From positions 58,797 to 122,796 of the forward strand of contig JAFRGL010000005.1 in assembly GCA_017433825.1 (NCBI GenBank): a stretch of DNA of 64,000 bases. Reading direction: 5' to 3'. The translations under genes were made by a program, and so were the position numbers. The notes under the pieces are model-generated. The model saw nothing but the letters and a program-made list of their open reading frames with translations. It was not told where the DNA came from and did not search any database. Positions 39,279 to 48,198 of the stretch are shown here, one piece after another. Numbering within the stretch: the first letter of the stretch is position 1; each line of letters begins with the position of its first letter. The stretch is from Eubacterium sp. Lineage in GTDB: Bacteria > Bacillota > Clostridia > Lachnospirales > Lachnospiraceae.

Positions 39279-39965
39279 ATGACAAAATCAGGAAAAATGA
39301 AAACAGGCATCCTTATCTGCGCAGCAGCTGCAGCGCTTTGCGTGGGCAGCGCGGCTGCATATTTTACGGACAGTGATACCGCCGTAAATACCTTTACCAT
39401 CGGAAAGGTCGAGCTTGACCTGCAGGAACCCGGTTACGTTCCGGAAACCGATATTACCCCCGGTGAGGAGATACAGAAAGATCCGCAGATTAAAAACACC
39501 GGCGTGAACGACGAATATGTATTTCTGACCGTGACCATTCCCTATGCGAATATTACGGTGGCGGAAGCCGACGGCACCAAAGGCGCAAAAGCGGACACCG
39601 AACTTTTCACTTACACCGTAAACAGCGGCTGGACCGAGCTGGGCGCAGCCGAAAAGAACACTTCTGAAAAATTCTATACCCATACCTATGTTTACGGCAC
39701 CGCATCTGCCTGCACGGCACTGGCTGCCAATGCCGTGACCCCCGCTTTATTCAATACCGTGAAAATGGTAAACGCGGTGGAAGACGAGGGACTGGAGAAT
39801 ACCTCCGGTCAGATTACCGTGACCGCCTACGGCATCCAGACGTCCAATCTGGGTCTGGACGGCAGTGTGACCAGTCCTTCCGATATTCTGAATATCGTCA
39901 GAAAGCAGGCCCCCGCATCCACCAAGACAAATGAAGACGCAGTAACCGATATCGTCGGAAACTGA
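39279..39965 (+). CDS. TasA/CalY-family protein with SipW-type signal peptide, paralog 2 (probable major subunit)
   Basis: ...AAALCVGSAAAYFTDSDTAVNTFTIGKVELDLQEP..KDPQIKNTGVNDEYVFLTVTIPY is a textbook SipW-cognate signal plus camelysin-like core. AAGGAG RBS. Confidence 0.78.
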   Translation: MTKSGKMKTGILICAAAAALCVGSAAAYFTDSDTAVNTFTIGKVELDLQEPGYVPETDITPGEEIQKDPQIKNTGVNDEYVFLTVTIPYANITVAEADGTKGAKADTELFTYTVNSGWTELGAAEKNTSEKFYTHTYVYGTASACTALAANAVTPALFNTVKMVNAVEDEGLENTSGQITVTAYGIQTSNLGLDGSVTSPSDILNIVRKQAPASTKTNEDAVTDIVGN

Positions 39966-40055
39966 ACCAACACACTATTACATTTACCTGACAGACTTAA
40001 ATGATCCTGAGGCGGCCGGGCAGAGCCGGTCCGGCCTGATTAACATGGAGTGCAT

Positions 40056-40652
40056 ATGAAAAGAACAGTAATAAAAACCATAACGGCAGTACTGCTGGCC
40101 TGTCTGGCCTTCGCCGCGGTGAAGGGAAGGGCAATGGCGGACGAATGCGGTATCTGCGATATTGAACTACAGGAATACGAACTGTCCGAAGACGGGGAAG
40201 AGATTCCTTATGATGATCCGAAGGACAGGCTGCTTCCCTTTGACACAGTCAGCAAAAGGGTTTATGTCGTCAATCACGGAAGCCCGGTAACAGTCAGGGT
40301 AAAGCTTTCGGAAGAAGATGCCCCGGAGGGCTTTCTGGAGGGCCTGGAAGGCATGCCTGAAGGCTGGGTGCTTAAGGACGACGGCTGGTTTTACTATGAG
40401 CGGAAACTGGATACCGGCGAAAGGATTCCCGTTATGGACGGCTTCCGCCTGGGGGACCTGGACCAGGAGACCTGGGAGCTTCAGACCTTCCGGCTGGTAA
40501 TAACGGCGGAAGCGGTGCTGGAATGCCCGAAGAAGACGGGGCCCTCCACCGGTGACGGAACGGATATGCGGACCTGGACCTGCGGCATTGCCGCAGGCGT
40601 TTCGGGGCTGGCGGCTGCAGCCTTCCTGAAAAGGAGGACCGGCCATGCATAA
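40056..40652 (+). CDS. TasA-like-core protein with a C-terminal sortase-type sorting signal (paralog 3)
   Basis: Signal peptide MKRTVIKTITAVLLACLAFAAVKGRAMA. The core (RVYVVNHGSPVTVRVKL...DDGWFYYERKLDTGERIPVMDGF) is homologous to the C-terminal half of paralog 1. The tail is GPSTGD, a hydrophobic stretch (CGIAAGVSGLAAAAFL), then KRRTGHA. ATG at 40056 after GGAG. Confidence 0.55.
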   Translation: MKRTVIKTITAVLLACLAFAAVKGRAMADECGICDIELQEYELSEDGEEIPYDDPKDRLLPFDTVSKRVYVVNHGSPVTVRVKLSEEDAPEGFLEGLEGMPEGWVLKDDGWFYYERKLDTGERIPVMDGFRLGDLDQETWELQTFRLVITAEAVLECPKKTGPSTGDGTDMRTWTCGIAAGVSGLAAAAFLKRRTGHA

Positions 40653-41133
40653 AAGAAAGAAAGACAGAATCCTGAAAGGCATCCTTTTTGCCGGCTTTCT
40701 GGCAGTTTTGGCCCCGGCCTTCATCTTCCTTAAAGGATATGTCATCCTTTCCGGATCAATGGAGCCGGCTGTAGGCACCGGAAGCCTCTGCCTGGTCAAC
40801 AGGCTCATCCCCTATGACATGATCGAACCCGGGGATATCATTGCGTTTACCACATCCCTGTCCGGGACGGCGGTACACCGGGTGGCGGGTTTTGACGGGG
40901 AAGGGCTGATTACAAAAGGAGACGCGAACCGTATGGAAGACGGAGAACGCGTCGGAAGAGAAGCCTATCTGGGCAAGGCCGTACTGGCCATACCTTATCT
41001 GGGCAGAATCCTGAACGTGTTCGGCAATACCTTCGGCAGAATACTGCTGGCGGGCGTCTGCCTGTTCGCGGCAGGTTTGATGATACTGACAAGTCAATCC
41101 GGAAACAGGAGGAAAGGAGCGGCGGAAACATGA
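40645..41133 (+). CDS. sipW: signal peptidase I, SipW (archaeal/ER, S26B) type
   Basis: ILSGSMEP (Ser), AVHRV (His), ITKGDAN and a C-terminal TM segment. 162 aa. Overlaps the upstream stop by 8 nt and the downstream start (ATGA). Confidence 0.85.
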   Translation: MHKRKKDRILKGILFAGFLAVLAPAFIFLKGYVILSGSMEPAVGTGSLCLVNRLIPYDMIEPGDIIAFTTSLSGTAVHRVAGFDGEGLITKGDANRMEDGERVGREAYLGKAVLAIPYLGRILNVFGNTFGRILLAGVCLFAAGLMILTSQSGNRRKGAAET

Positions 41134-43679
41134 AAAACGGAAAACTGAAAAAAAGGCTGTCTGCCGCTGTGCTGGCAGCTTTACTGATCTTATCCTGCGG
41201 CGTTTATGCCGCGGAAACCAAATCCGGGGACGGACAGGAAGAATACCGTTCCGGAAGCACTGCAGAGGAGGAGATTTCTGACGTAAGCACTGCGGAGGAA
41301 GAACTTTCGGCGGGAAACTCTGCGAAAGAAGGAAACCCTGCAGGAAGCACTGCCGGAGAAACGGTTCCGGAAAACGTGCGGGACGCGGAATTTCATGAAG
41401 AAGGAGAAGCCGGGGAAGGGGCGGAAGGAAAACCTGAAGACAATCCGGCAGCAGGGACAGAGACTGTTCCGGAGCCGGAGGAGACACGGGGGGATTTCGC
41501 GGAGGAGCCGGAGGAGACACAGGAGGATTTCGCGGAGGAGCCGGCAGAAACCGGCACCGTCCGGTTTACCGTTACCTCTGCCACGCCGGCCTACAGCTAC
41601 GGGGAAGATGAATACTACTATACTTATGAGGGGCTGGGCTATGACTACGGCTGGCTGGGACATCATTTAAGTCCGGCAGGAGAACTGAACGGAAGCAGTG
41701 CATACTGCATTACACCGCAGCTTCCGGTTCCCGCTTTCGGACAGTATACGGCGGAGCTGACGGAGAAAGAAAATGACCTCTTTGTCAAGCTGCTGTACTA
41801 CGGCTGGCAGGGGCCGGGGGATATTACCGGGGACTATTTCATTTCGGGAAATGACCGGCATACCCTGACGCATCTGGCCCTGTCATACCTGTACAATTCC
41901 GAAAGCATATCTTTCGCCAATGACACGGGCGTCTCGCTGGCACAGCAGTTTACCCGGCGTGTACAGGAACTGCCGGATATTGAAGGCAAAGCGCTTATTG
42001 TCCGGGAAACCGGTACGGGCTTCGCGCTTATCAGGCTTACGGAAAGCCCGCAGAACGGCCTGCCGTCGGTGCCCGCGCCGGTGCTCCGGATGGCCGGACC
42101 CATCGGAAGCACCGTCCGGGTGGTTTCCGAAGCAGGGGCAGGCTATTATTACGATTACGTGGGATACGGTGACGGCAGCGGCAACGGAATAGACCGCTTT
42201 ATCTATCTGAACGGGGACGAAACCTACTGCGTTATGCCGCAAAGGCATCAGCCCGCCACCGGCAATTATCCGTCGTCCCAGACACAGAGAATCACCAATG
42301 ATCTCCTGGTAAACCTTTTGTATTTCGGCTATCACGGGCCGGGGGATATAACCAACAATCCCGCCTACATTCCTTCAAACACGCAGAATGCCCAGTGGAG
42401 CAGGCATACGCTTACCCACATTGCGCTGACGAAGGCCTACGAGGCCGTATACGGCGGCAGTTCCTGGAGCTACGGCGTCAGCAGTTCCGGCATAGCCAGG
42501 GTAAATCAGTTTATCGCGGAGGTACAGGCTAAAATCGATGCCGGAAAGGGTGTGAAGGGCTATGCGGTTTCCTTCAATGACGGCCTGACCTACAACGGCA
42601 ATCCAACCCAGACCACCGTAACCCTTATCAGCGCAGTCTACCCGACGGGAAGCGTTGAGCTGACAAAATCCTCCGCAAATCCCGGACTGACCGGAGGGGA
42701 CGGGCGTTATTCACTGGAAGGGGCGGTGTATAAGCTGTACAACTATGCCGAATACAGCGTTACTGCCGACACCCTGACGCTTTCCGTGCTGGGGTCGGAA
42801 AACCCGGTTTACCGGGCGGCTTTCTGGGATGTAACGGCAGGCGGTTCGCCGAAATGGCGCACCATGAGCTGGTCCGGCGGACGGTGGACGCTTGACATTG
42901 ATATTTCCGGCTGCGCCGAACTGGACAGGATAGCGGTTCATTTCTATGACGGTTCCGATTCCCGGTATCTGTGGGGCTGGAACAGTTTTATTAAAGATCC
43001 GGAAACATACGGGCAGACACAGGAAATCTATTCGGAGAAATATACCCTGACCACGGATGCGGAGGGAAAGGCAGGCCTTGCGTCTGCCGTAACCAATACC
43101 TACATTCTGAAGGAGGAGAGCCCCTCCCCGGGCTTTTTACTGGATGAAACGGAATACACGCTGCAGGTGCAGGGCAATACCGTGAATACGGTAAACGTGA
43201 CAGAAGAGCCGGTACCGGAGGAAGAACCGGAATGGACCAGGCTTACGCTGGTGAAGACTGTCTTCGCGGAGGAGTTCTGGGCAAGCCACGGGGATTCTCC
43301 CTTTACGGCAGAGGTGACCGGTACCACCGCGGACGGTGACACCATCACCCTGACCCACACCTTTGTCTTTACCCGGCAGATGATGGAAGAGGCCGGGCCG
43401 GAAGGGCCGGTTTCGCTGACATTTACCTGGGAGAAGCTTCCGCCAGGGGTCTACCGTGTCCGGGAATTTATCACGGACAACCGGTATAAGGGAACCGTAA
43501 CCGGACCGGACGGAGGTCCCTCCGGAACAATCCCCTCAACGGAATATTATCCTGCATACGCAGACGTGGATCTGACGGACAATCCGGAAGGGGAGACCGT
43601 ATATCTGACCAACCGGAAGAACAGCTATGACAGGCTGTCCCACATCACAAGCATTATCAATGAACTGAAAGGGCCTTGA
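41130..43679 (+). CDS. large secreted adhesin/pilin-like protein: acidic repeats, two tandem Cys/His modules, SpaA/Cna-B-like domains; no recognisable C-terminal anchor
   Basis: Signal peptide MKNGKLKKRLSAAVLAALLILSCGVYA. 33-bp acidic repeats (EPEETRGDFAE x2.3). Duplicated module with YC(I/V)(T/M)PQ ... LLY(Y/F)G(W/Y)(Q/H)GPGDIT ... RHTLTH(L/I)AL. Cna-B/SpaA-like strands (GSVELTKSS..., YILKEESPSPGFLLDETEYTLQV). Confidence 0.7.
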   Translation: MKNGKLKKRLSAAVLAALLILSCGVYAAETKSGDGQEEYRSGSTAEEEISDVSTAEEELSAGNSAKEGNPAGSTAGETVPENVRDAEFHEEGEAGEGAEGKPEDNPAAGTETVPEPEETRGDFAEEPEETQEDFAEEPAETGTVRFTVTSATPAYSYGEDEYYYTYEGLGYDYGWLGHHLSPAGELNGSSAYCITPQLPVPAFGQYTAELTEKENDLFVKLLYYGWQGPGDITGDYFISGNDRHTLTHLALSYLYNSESISFANDTGVSLAQQFTRRVQELPDIEGKALIVRETGTGFALIRLTESPQNGLPSVPAPVLRMAGPIGSTVRVVSEAGAGYYYDYVGYGDGSGNGIDRFIYLNGDETYCVMPQRHQPATGNYPSSQTQRITNDLLVNLLYFGYHGPGDITNNPAYIPSNTQNAQWSRHTLTHIALTKAYEAVYGGSSWSYGVSSSGIARVNQFIAEVQAKIDAGKGVKGYAVSFNDGLTYNGNPTQTTVTLISAVYPTGSVELTKSSANPGLTGGDGRYSLEGAVYKLYNYAEYSVTADTLTLSVLGSENPVYRAAFWDVTAGGSPKWRTMSWSGGRWTLDIDISGCAELDRIAVHFYDGSDSRYLWGWNSFIKDPETYGQTQEIYSEKYTLTTDAEGKAGLASAVTNTYILKEESPSPGFLLDETEYTLQVQGNTVNTVNVTEEPVPEEEPEWTRLTLVKTVFAEEFWASHGDSPFTAEVTGTTADGDTITLTHTFVFTRQMMEEAGPEGPVSLTFTWEKLPPGVYRVREFITDNRYKGTVTGPDGGPSGTIPSTEYYPAYADVDLTDNPEGETVYLTNRKNSYDRLSHITSIINELKGP

Positions 43680-43767
43680 AAGAGGCCTTTTTTTATTGCA
43701 CCTTTCCGGGAACATGCGTACAATATAATACCAGGAAGCCTTTTACGGGGCGGAAAAGGAGAAAACC

Positions 43768-44361
43768 ATGAAAAGAGAACTGGATGCGGATTTAATCAGA
43801 CCGGAAAAGCTGCTTTCCTCGTCGGATACGGCAGGAATCGGTACGGACGGGTGTAAAAACTGCTGCGCCTGCTGCAGGATGCGGGGAAGCGCGATTGTCC
43901 TGGACGCATGGGACGTGCAGCTTTTGAAAAACGGGCTGAATTTCTCCTTTGAAGGCCTGCTGGCTGAAAAACTGATTACTCTGGCGGTCATTGACGGGGT
44001 GGTGCTTCCCTGCCTCCCGGTTAAAGAGGAAGAGGACGAGTGTCTGTTTCTTAAGGAAAACGGCCGGTGCGCAGTCTACGATTTCAGGCCGGGCATCTGC
44101 AGGATGTTCCCCCTGGCAAGAATTTACCATCCCGACGGAAGCTTCTCTTATTTCCTTCAGGATGGAGAATGCGAAAAGCCCGGCGGGGCGGAAATCAGGA
44201 TTTCCGCCTGGCTGGGCTATGAAAACGTGAAAGAATATGAGTCTTTTGTCCGGACGTATCATGACGCCCTGGTAAGGCTGCGGAATGAATGCGCGGCCTG
44301 TGAGAAGACGGAAGATGCCGCCCGGCTGCAGATGGATTTCCTGCAGGAATGGTTTTTCTGA
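43768..44361 (+). CDS. YkgJ-family cysteine-cluster protein (CxxCxxCC zinc/iron-chelating domain)
   Basis: CKNCCACC near the N-terminus and CLFLKENGRCAVYDFRPGICRMFP in the middle, the UPF0153 pattern. Confidence 0.8.
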   Translation: MKRELDADLIRPEKLLSSSDTAGIGTDGCKNCCACCRMRGSAIVLDAWDVQLLKNGLNFSFEGLLAEKLITLAVIDGVVLPCLPVKEEEDECLFLKENGRCAVYDFRPGICRMFPLARIYHPDGSFSYFLQDGECEKPGGAEIRISAWLGYENVKEYESFVRTYHDALVRLRNECAACEKTEDAARLQMDFLQEWFF

Positions 44362-44377
44362 TATAAACAGGCCGGGA

Positions 44378-46327
44378 TCAGATATCCATGGCCCGCCAGA
44401 AGCCTGTGGAAGTGGCGTCCACCACTTTTCCGGCCTTTACCGCATCCCCGATCTGGAATACGCGGGGAGCAGTGTTATAGAAGCCGTCGGCCAGCGCGCG
44501 GTCGGCCTCCATGCCCGCGGCCAGAAGGATGCTGTCCGCTTCCAGGAAGATTTCCTCCCCTTTTTCATTTTCACACAACAGACCATTGTCTGTAACCTCT
44601 ATGGCCCGGGTACCGGTAAGTATCCGGACTTTGCTTTCTCTGAAGTACATGTTCATGGCATTTCTGTGCATGAAATAGGCGTCCTTCGCCCAGTCATCCT
44701 TCATTTCCACGATCGTAACGTCCCTGCCGCACATATCCAGGTAAATACCGGTTTCGCAGCCGATAAGCCCGCCGCCTAAAATGACGGTTTTCTGTCCCAG
44801 GTCAGGCTCTTCGCCGTGCAGGGCGGAAAGCCCTTTGACAATGGGCTTGCCGATGCCGGGAATATCCGGAACCACCGGCTTTGCGCCTGTTGCCGCAATG
44901 ACCACATCCGCCTGCAGCTTCTCCGCGTCTTCCGGCGTCATCGGGCTGTTCAGATGGATGTTTACGCCCGCTCTTTCTGCGAGACGGGCAAGCACTTCAA
45001 TGTAGTTCCACATATCCTGCTTGAAGGGAATGTATTTCTCGGAAAGCAGCGCGCCGCCCAGACGGCCGTTTTTCTCATAAAGGTCCACCCTGTGGCCCCT
45101 TTTTGCTGCCTTTAAGGCCGCCATCAGTCCGCCCGGACCGCCGCCGATGACCGCAACCTTCCTGGAAACAGGTGCCAGGGTTTCGTATTTGTTCTCCAGC
45201 TCGCTGCCGATGACCGGGTTGAAGGCGCAGCAGTAGGTGCGGTTGGTCAGATAGTTGAAAAAGCAGGTGTAGCAGCGGCAGCAGCCGATGATTTCATCCG
45301 CCCTTCCTGAAAAGGCTTTTTCCGGAAGATAAGGATCCGCCAGGGACTGACGGGCGACTTCTACGATATCCGCCTTGCCGGAGGCGATGATTTCCTCCAT
45401 CTGGGCCGGGGAATTCAGGCCGCCCAGGGCCGCAACCGGGGTTTTGACGTGTCTTTTTATTTCCGCGGCATACCGGACGTTGACGCCGTGATCCTGGAAC
45501 ATGGAGGGATGGGTGATGGTGAAGGCGTCGTCATCCTCATGCACGCCGGCGGAAACGTGGATGATGTCCACTTTGCCGTCCAGTACCTTCGCCATTTCCA
45601 CACCTTCCTCGATGCCGTAGCCGCCTTCGATAAGTTCGGAACCGCTCATGCGGAATTCGATCAGAAGGTCAGATCCGCAGGCTTTCCGGATTTTTTCTAT
45701 GACCATCAACGGAAAGCGCATCCGGTTTTCCAGGCTTCCTCCGAAGCGGTCTGTACGCCGGTTCATGGTCGGTGACATGAACTGGCCTAAAAGCCAGCCG
45801 TGCCCGCCGTGCACCAGCACCATGTCAATACCGGCTGACTTGCATAAAAGGGCAGCGTTTGCGAAACAGTCGCTGACGCGTTCGATATCTTCCTCCGTCA
45901 TGGCGGTTACCTGCAGCCCTTCGGCGTTCAGTTCGTCGTTCGGTCCCAGGATAAGGCCCTGGTGATGGTCGCTGTGGCTTCTGGCGCTGGCGTATTTGCC
46001 GCCGTGGGCCAGTTCCACCACGGCTGCGGCATTGTGCCGGTGTATGGCGTTGGCGTATTCCTTTAAGGAGGGGAGGGACATGGGATCGTACAGGGTGATT
46101 TCCTTCGTGTGGGTCCTGCCCACCGGGTCTACGATGCCCAGTCCGATGCAGGTGGAGGCCAGGCCGCCCCTGACCCGGTTTTCATGAAAGGCGATGTCCT
46201 CCTTGCGCATATGGCAGTCGGGATCCAGCTCCGGGTTGGACATAGGCGCACCGAAAATCCTGTTTTTAAACGTCACTTTTCCGATGGTAAGGGGCCTTGC
46301 CAGATTCGGGAAATATTTGTTCTCCAT
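44378..46327 (-). CDS. second OYE-type NADH:flavin oxidoreductase fused to an FAD/NAD(P)-binding domain (2,4-dienoyl-CoA / enoate reductase family)
   Basis: 649 aa. FKNRIFGAPM, HGGHGWLLGQFMSP, cluster motif CCRCYTCF...YCC, VAVIGGGPGGLMAA and VILGGGLIGCE. Paralog of 7237..9192. Confidence 0.85.
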   Translation of the reverse strand: MENKYFPNLARPLTIGKVTFKNRIFGAPMSNPELDPDCHMRKEDIAFHENRVRGGLASTCIGLGIVDPVGRTHTKEITLYDPMSLPSLKEYANAIHRHNAAAVVELAHGGKYASARSHSDHHQGLILGPNDELNAEGLQVTAMTEEDIERVSDCFANAALLCKSAGIDMVLVHGGHGWLLGQFMSPTMNRRTDRFGGSLENRMRFPLMVIEKIRKACGSDLLIEFRMSGSELIEGGYGIEEGVEMAKVLDGKVDIIHVSAGVHEDDDAFTITHPSMFQDHGVNVRYAAEIKRHVKTPVAALGGLNSPAQMEEIIASGKADIVEVARQSLADPYLPEKAFSGRADEIIGCCRCYTCFFNYLTNRTYCCAFNPVIGSELENKYETLAPVSRKVAVIGGGPGGLMAALKAAKRGHRVDLYEKNGRLGGALLSEKYIPFKQDMWNYIEVLARLAERAGVNIHLNSPMTPEDAEKLQADVVIAATGAKPVVPDIPGIGKPIVKGLSALHGEEPDLGQKTVILGGGLIGCETGIYLDMCGRDVTIVEMKDDWAKDAYFMHRNAMNMYFRESKVRILTGTRAIEVTDNGLLCENEKGEEIFLEADSILLAAGMEADRALADGFYNTAPRVFQIGDAVKAGKVVDATSTGFWRAMDI

Positions 46328-46551
46328 ACTGTTTTTCCTTTTCTTTTTATTCCGAAATGCTGTACAGTTACTGCTGTTTTGAAAGAATTATACTGCTTTT
46401 CTAAAAGCGTATAAAGGTCCGGCGTTGAAATTCTATGTCATATTTTAACAATTGTTTTGCGGGCCGATAAGCGGTATACTATTATAGGTTTAGTATATGC
46501 TGTCCGTAATAAGCGCACTGCCCGGTTTTCCCGGGCGAAAGAGAGAATGAA

Positions 46552-48198
46552 ATGAAAAGGAAGCTGTTTCTTCTTTTCCTGATAATGCTTCTTCCGTTTG
46601 CCGCTGCCTGCAGCAGCAAAGAGGAGGAAAAAGATAATACGCCTTCATCCGAAGCGTCATCGGCATCTGAGGTTATTCCCGAAGGGGAATACCGCGGTTT
46701 TGTGGACGTCATACCGCCGGCAGCGGGCCTCCCCGTATCCTGGATGGATTCGGATGCTTTTTATGCCAAGCTGAACAATGACCAGCTGGTTTTCAAAAAA
46801 GCGGTCTGGACCGTCACGGATGAGAACGGCAGGACGAAGGAAATGAAGGATGACGACGTCTTTGTTCCCGGAAAAGTACTGGACGCGCGGGCTTACTTTT
46901 ACAATCCCGGCGTAACACCCAGAAAGCTTGACGTCCTTACGCCGCTTACCGGGGAATATTTCGTGGAGCTTCTGTCGACGGCGGAAGGGGACTGGTGCGT
47001 GCACTGGCGGTTCCCCGCCGATATGGAAATGCCTGAAGCGGTGCTTCTGCAGATTCCCGCGCCAAAGGCAGGCGGGGAAAATACCGAACAGAAGAACCTT
47101 GTGGCTGTCTGGCAGGGCGAACAGCTGTCAAACGTGTCCGCCTCCTGGAAGAAGGCGGAAGACAGGAATTACGATAAGGCACAGACCATGGCGGAAGGAG
47201 AAGCCTTCGGAAATACGGGCATTTACCAGACCACCTTTGCGGTGAAGGCGCCTGCGGACGCCTCTCTTTCCGGCGTATACTGCTGCGCTTCCTGCGGCTA
47301 TATCACGAGGCTTGACGACACCGAAAACGGCATCTGGAAAATCACCGTCCAGTTCGACATGGATAAAGCGCCTTTCGTGCAGAAAAGCCTGCCAAAAGCC
47401 ATCCTGGAAGAGCTGGAGAGCAATGTGCCCATCGCAGATATCCGGATTGACAATCCCAGGGTTACGAAAAAAGACGGGCCCTTTGCCGTTGAGACAAAAG
47501 TGGAATCCGGGACCGTGAAGAACGTACGCTGGTATCTGGGTCCGGACTGCACAGGCACTGAAATGACTGTAAACTCCTGGAAGTATTCCTGCGAAGGGTA
47601 TTCCGCCTGGTACCGTATCGAAATGAACATGACAGGCAGGCTGGTTGCCGCCGAAGAACTGAACGTATCGGTAACGGAAGGCAGAGTGTTCCGGGTGGAT
47701 CGGATTGACGGCAAGACCCTGGACGTGTTTATCAACTATTCCTACATCCATGAGCTGGAAAGGGACGAAAAGGAATCAGTACCGGCTTCCTGCGACCATG
47801 AAGGTACGGACGTGATGCACTGCGCCAACTGTTTTGCGGAAATCCGCCAGCCGGTGCCGGTGATTCCGCACGACTATATACAGACCGATTACAAGGCCCC
47901 TGACTGCACAAACGGCGGCTATGCCGCGGTGAAGTGCTCCCGCTGCGGATATTCCTATACGGTGAACTATCCGGCAAACGGCCACTCTTACAAATATGAA
48001 TCCGATGAATCCGGCCACCGGAAGGTCTGCAGCGTCTGCGGCGACGTGGCGGAAGAGGGCGCCCACCAGATGGTGCGCGACGGCGATACCGGCATCGAAA
48101 CCTGCACGGTCTGCGGCTACAGCATCCAGGGCGAACCGGACCCGAAGCCTACGGAAGAACCCGGCGGCGGTGAAGAGCCGGGAAGCGAGGAACCGTAA
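46552..48198 (+). CDS. hypothetical lipoprotein with a Cys-rich (4 x CxxC-type) C-terminal region and an acidic Pro/Glu tail
   Basis: Lipobox LLPFAAAC. C-terminal CDHEGTDVMHCANC, CTNGGYAAVKCSRCGY, HRKVCSVCG, ETCTVCGY. I recognise no family. Confidence 0.6.
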   Translation: MKRKLFLLFLIMLLPFAAACSSKEEEKDNTPSSEASSASEVIPEGEYRGFVDVIPPAAGLPVSWMDSDAFYAKLNNDQLVFKKAVWTVTDENGRTKEMKDDDVFVPGKVLDARAYFYNPGVTPRKLDVLTPLTGEYFVELLSTAEGDWCVHWRFPADMEMPEAVLLQIPAPKAGGENTEQKNLVAVWQGEQLSNVSASWKKAEDRNYDKAQTMAEGEAFGNTGIYQTTFAVKAPADASLSGVYCCASCGYITRLDDTENGIWKITVQFDMDKAPFVQKSLPKAILEELESNVPIADIRIDNPRVTKKDGPFAVETKVESGTVKNVRWYLGPDCTGTEMTVNSWKYSCEGYSAWYRIEMNMTGRLVAAEELNVSVTEGRVFRVDRIDGKTLDVFINYSYIHELERDEKESVPASCDHEGTDVMHCANCFAEIRQPVPVIPHDYIQTDYKAPDCTNGGYAAVKCSRCGYSYTVNYPANGHSYKYESDESGHRKVCSVCGDVAEEGAHQMVRDGDTGIETCTVCGYSIQGEPDPKPTEEPGGGEEPGSEEP

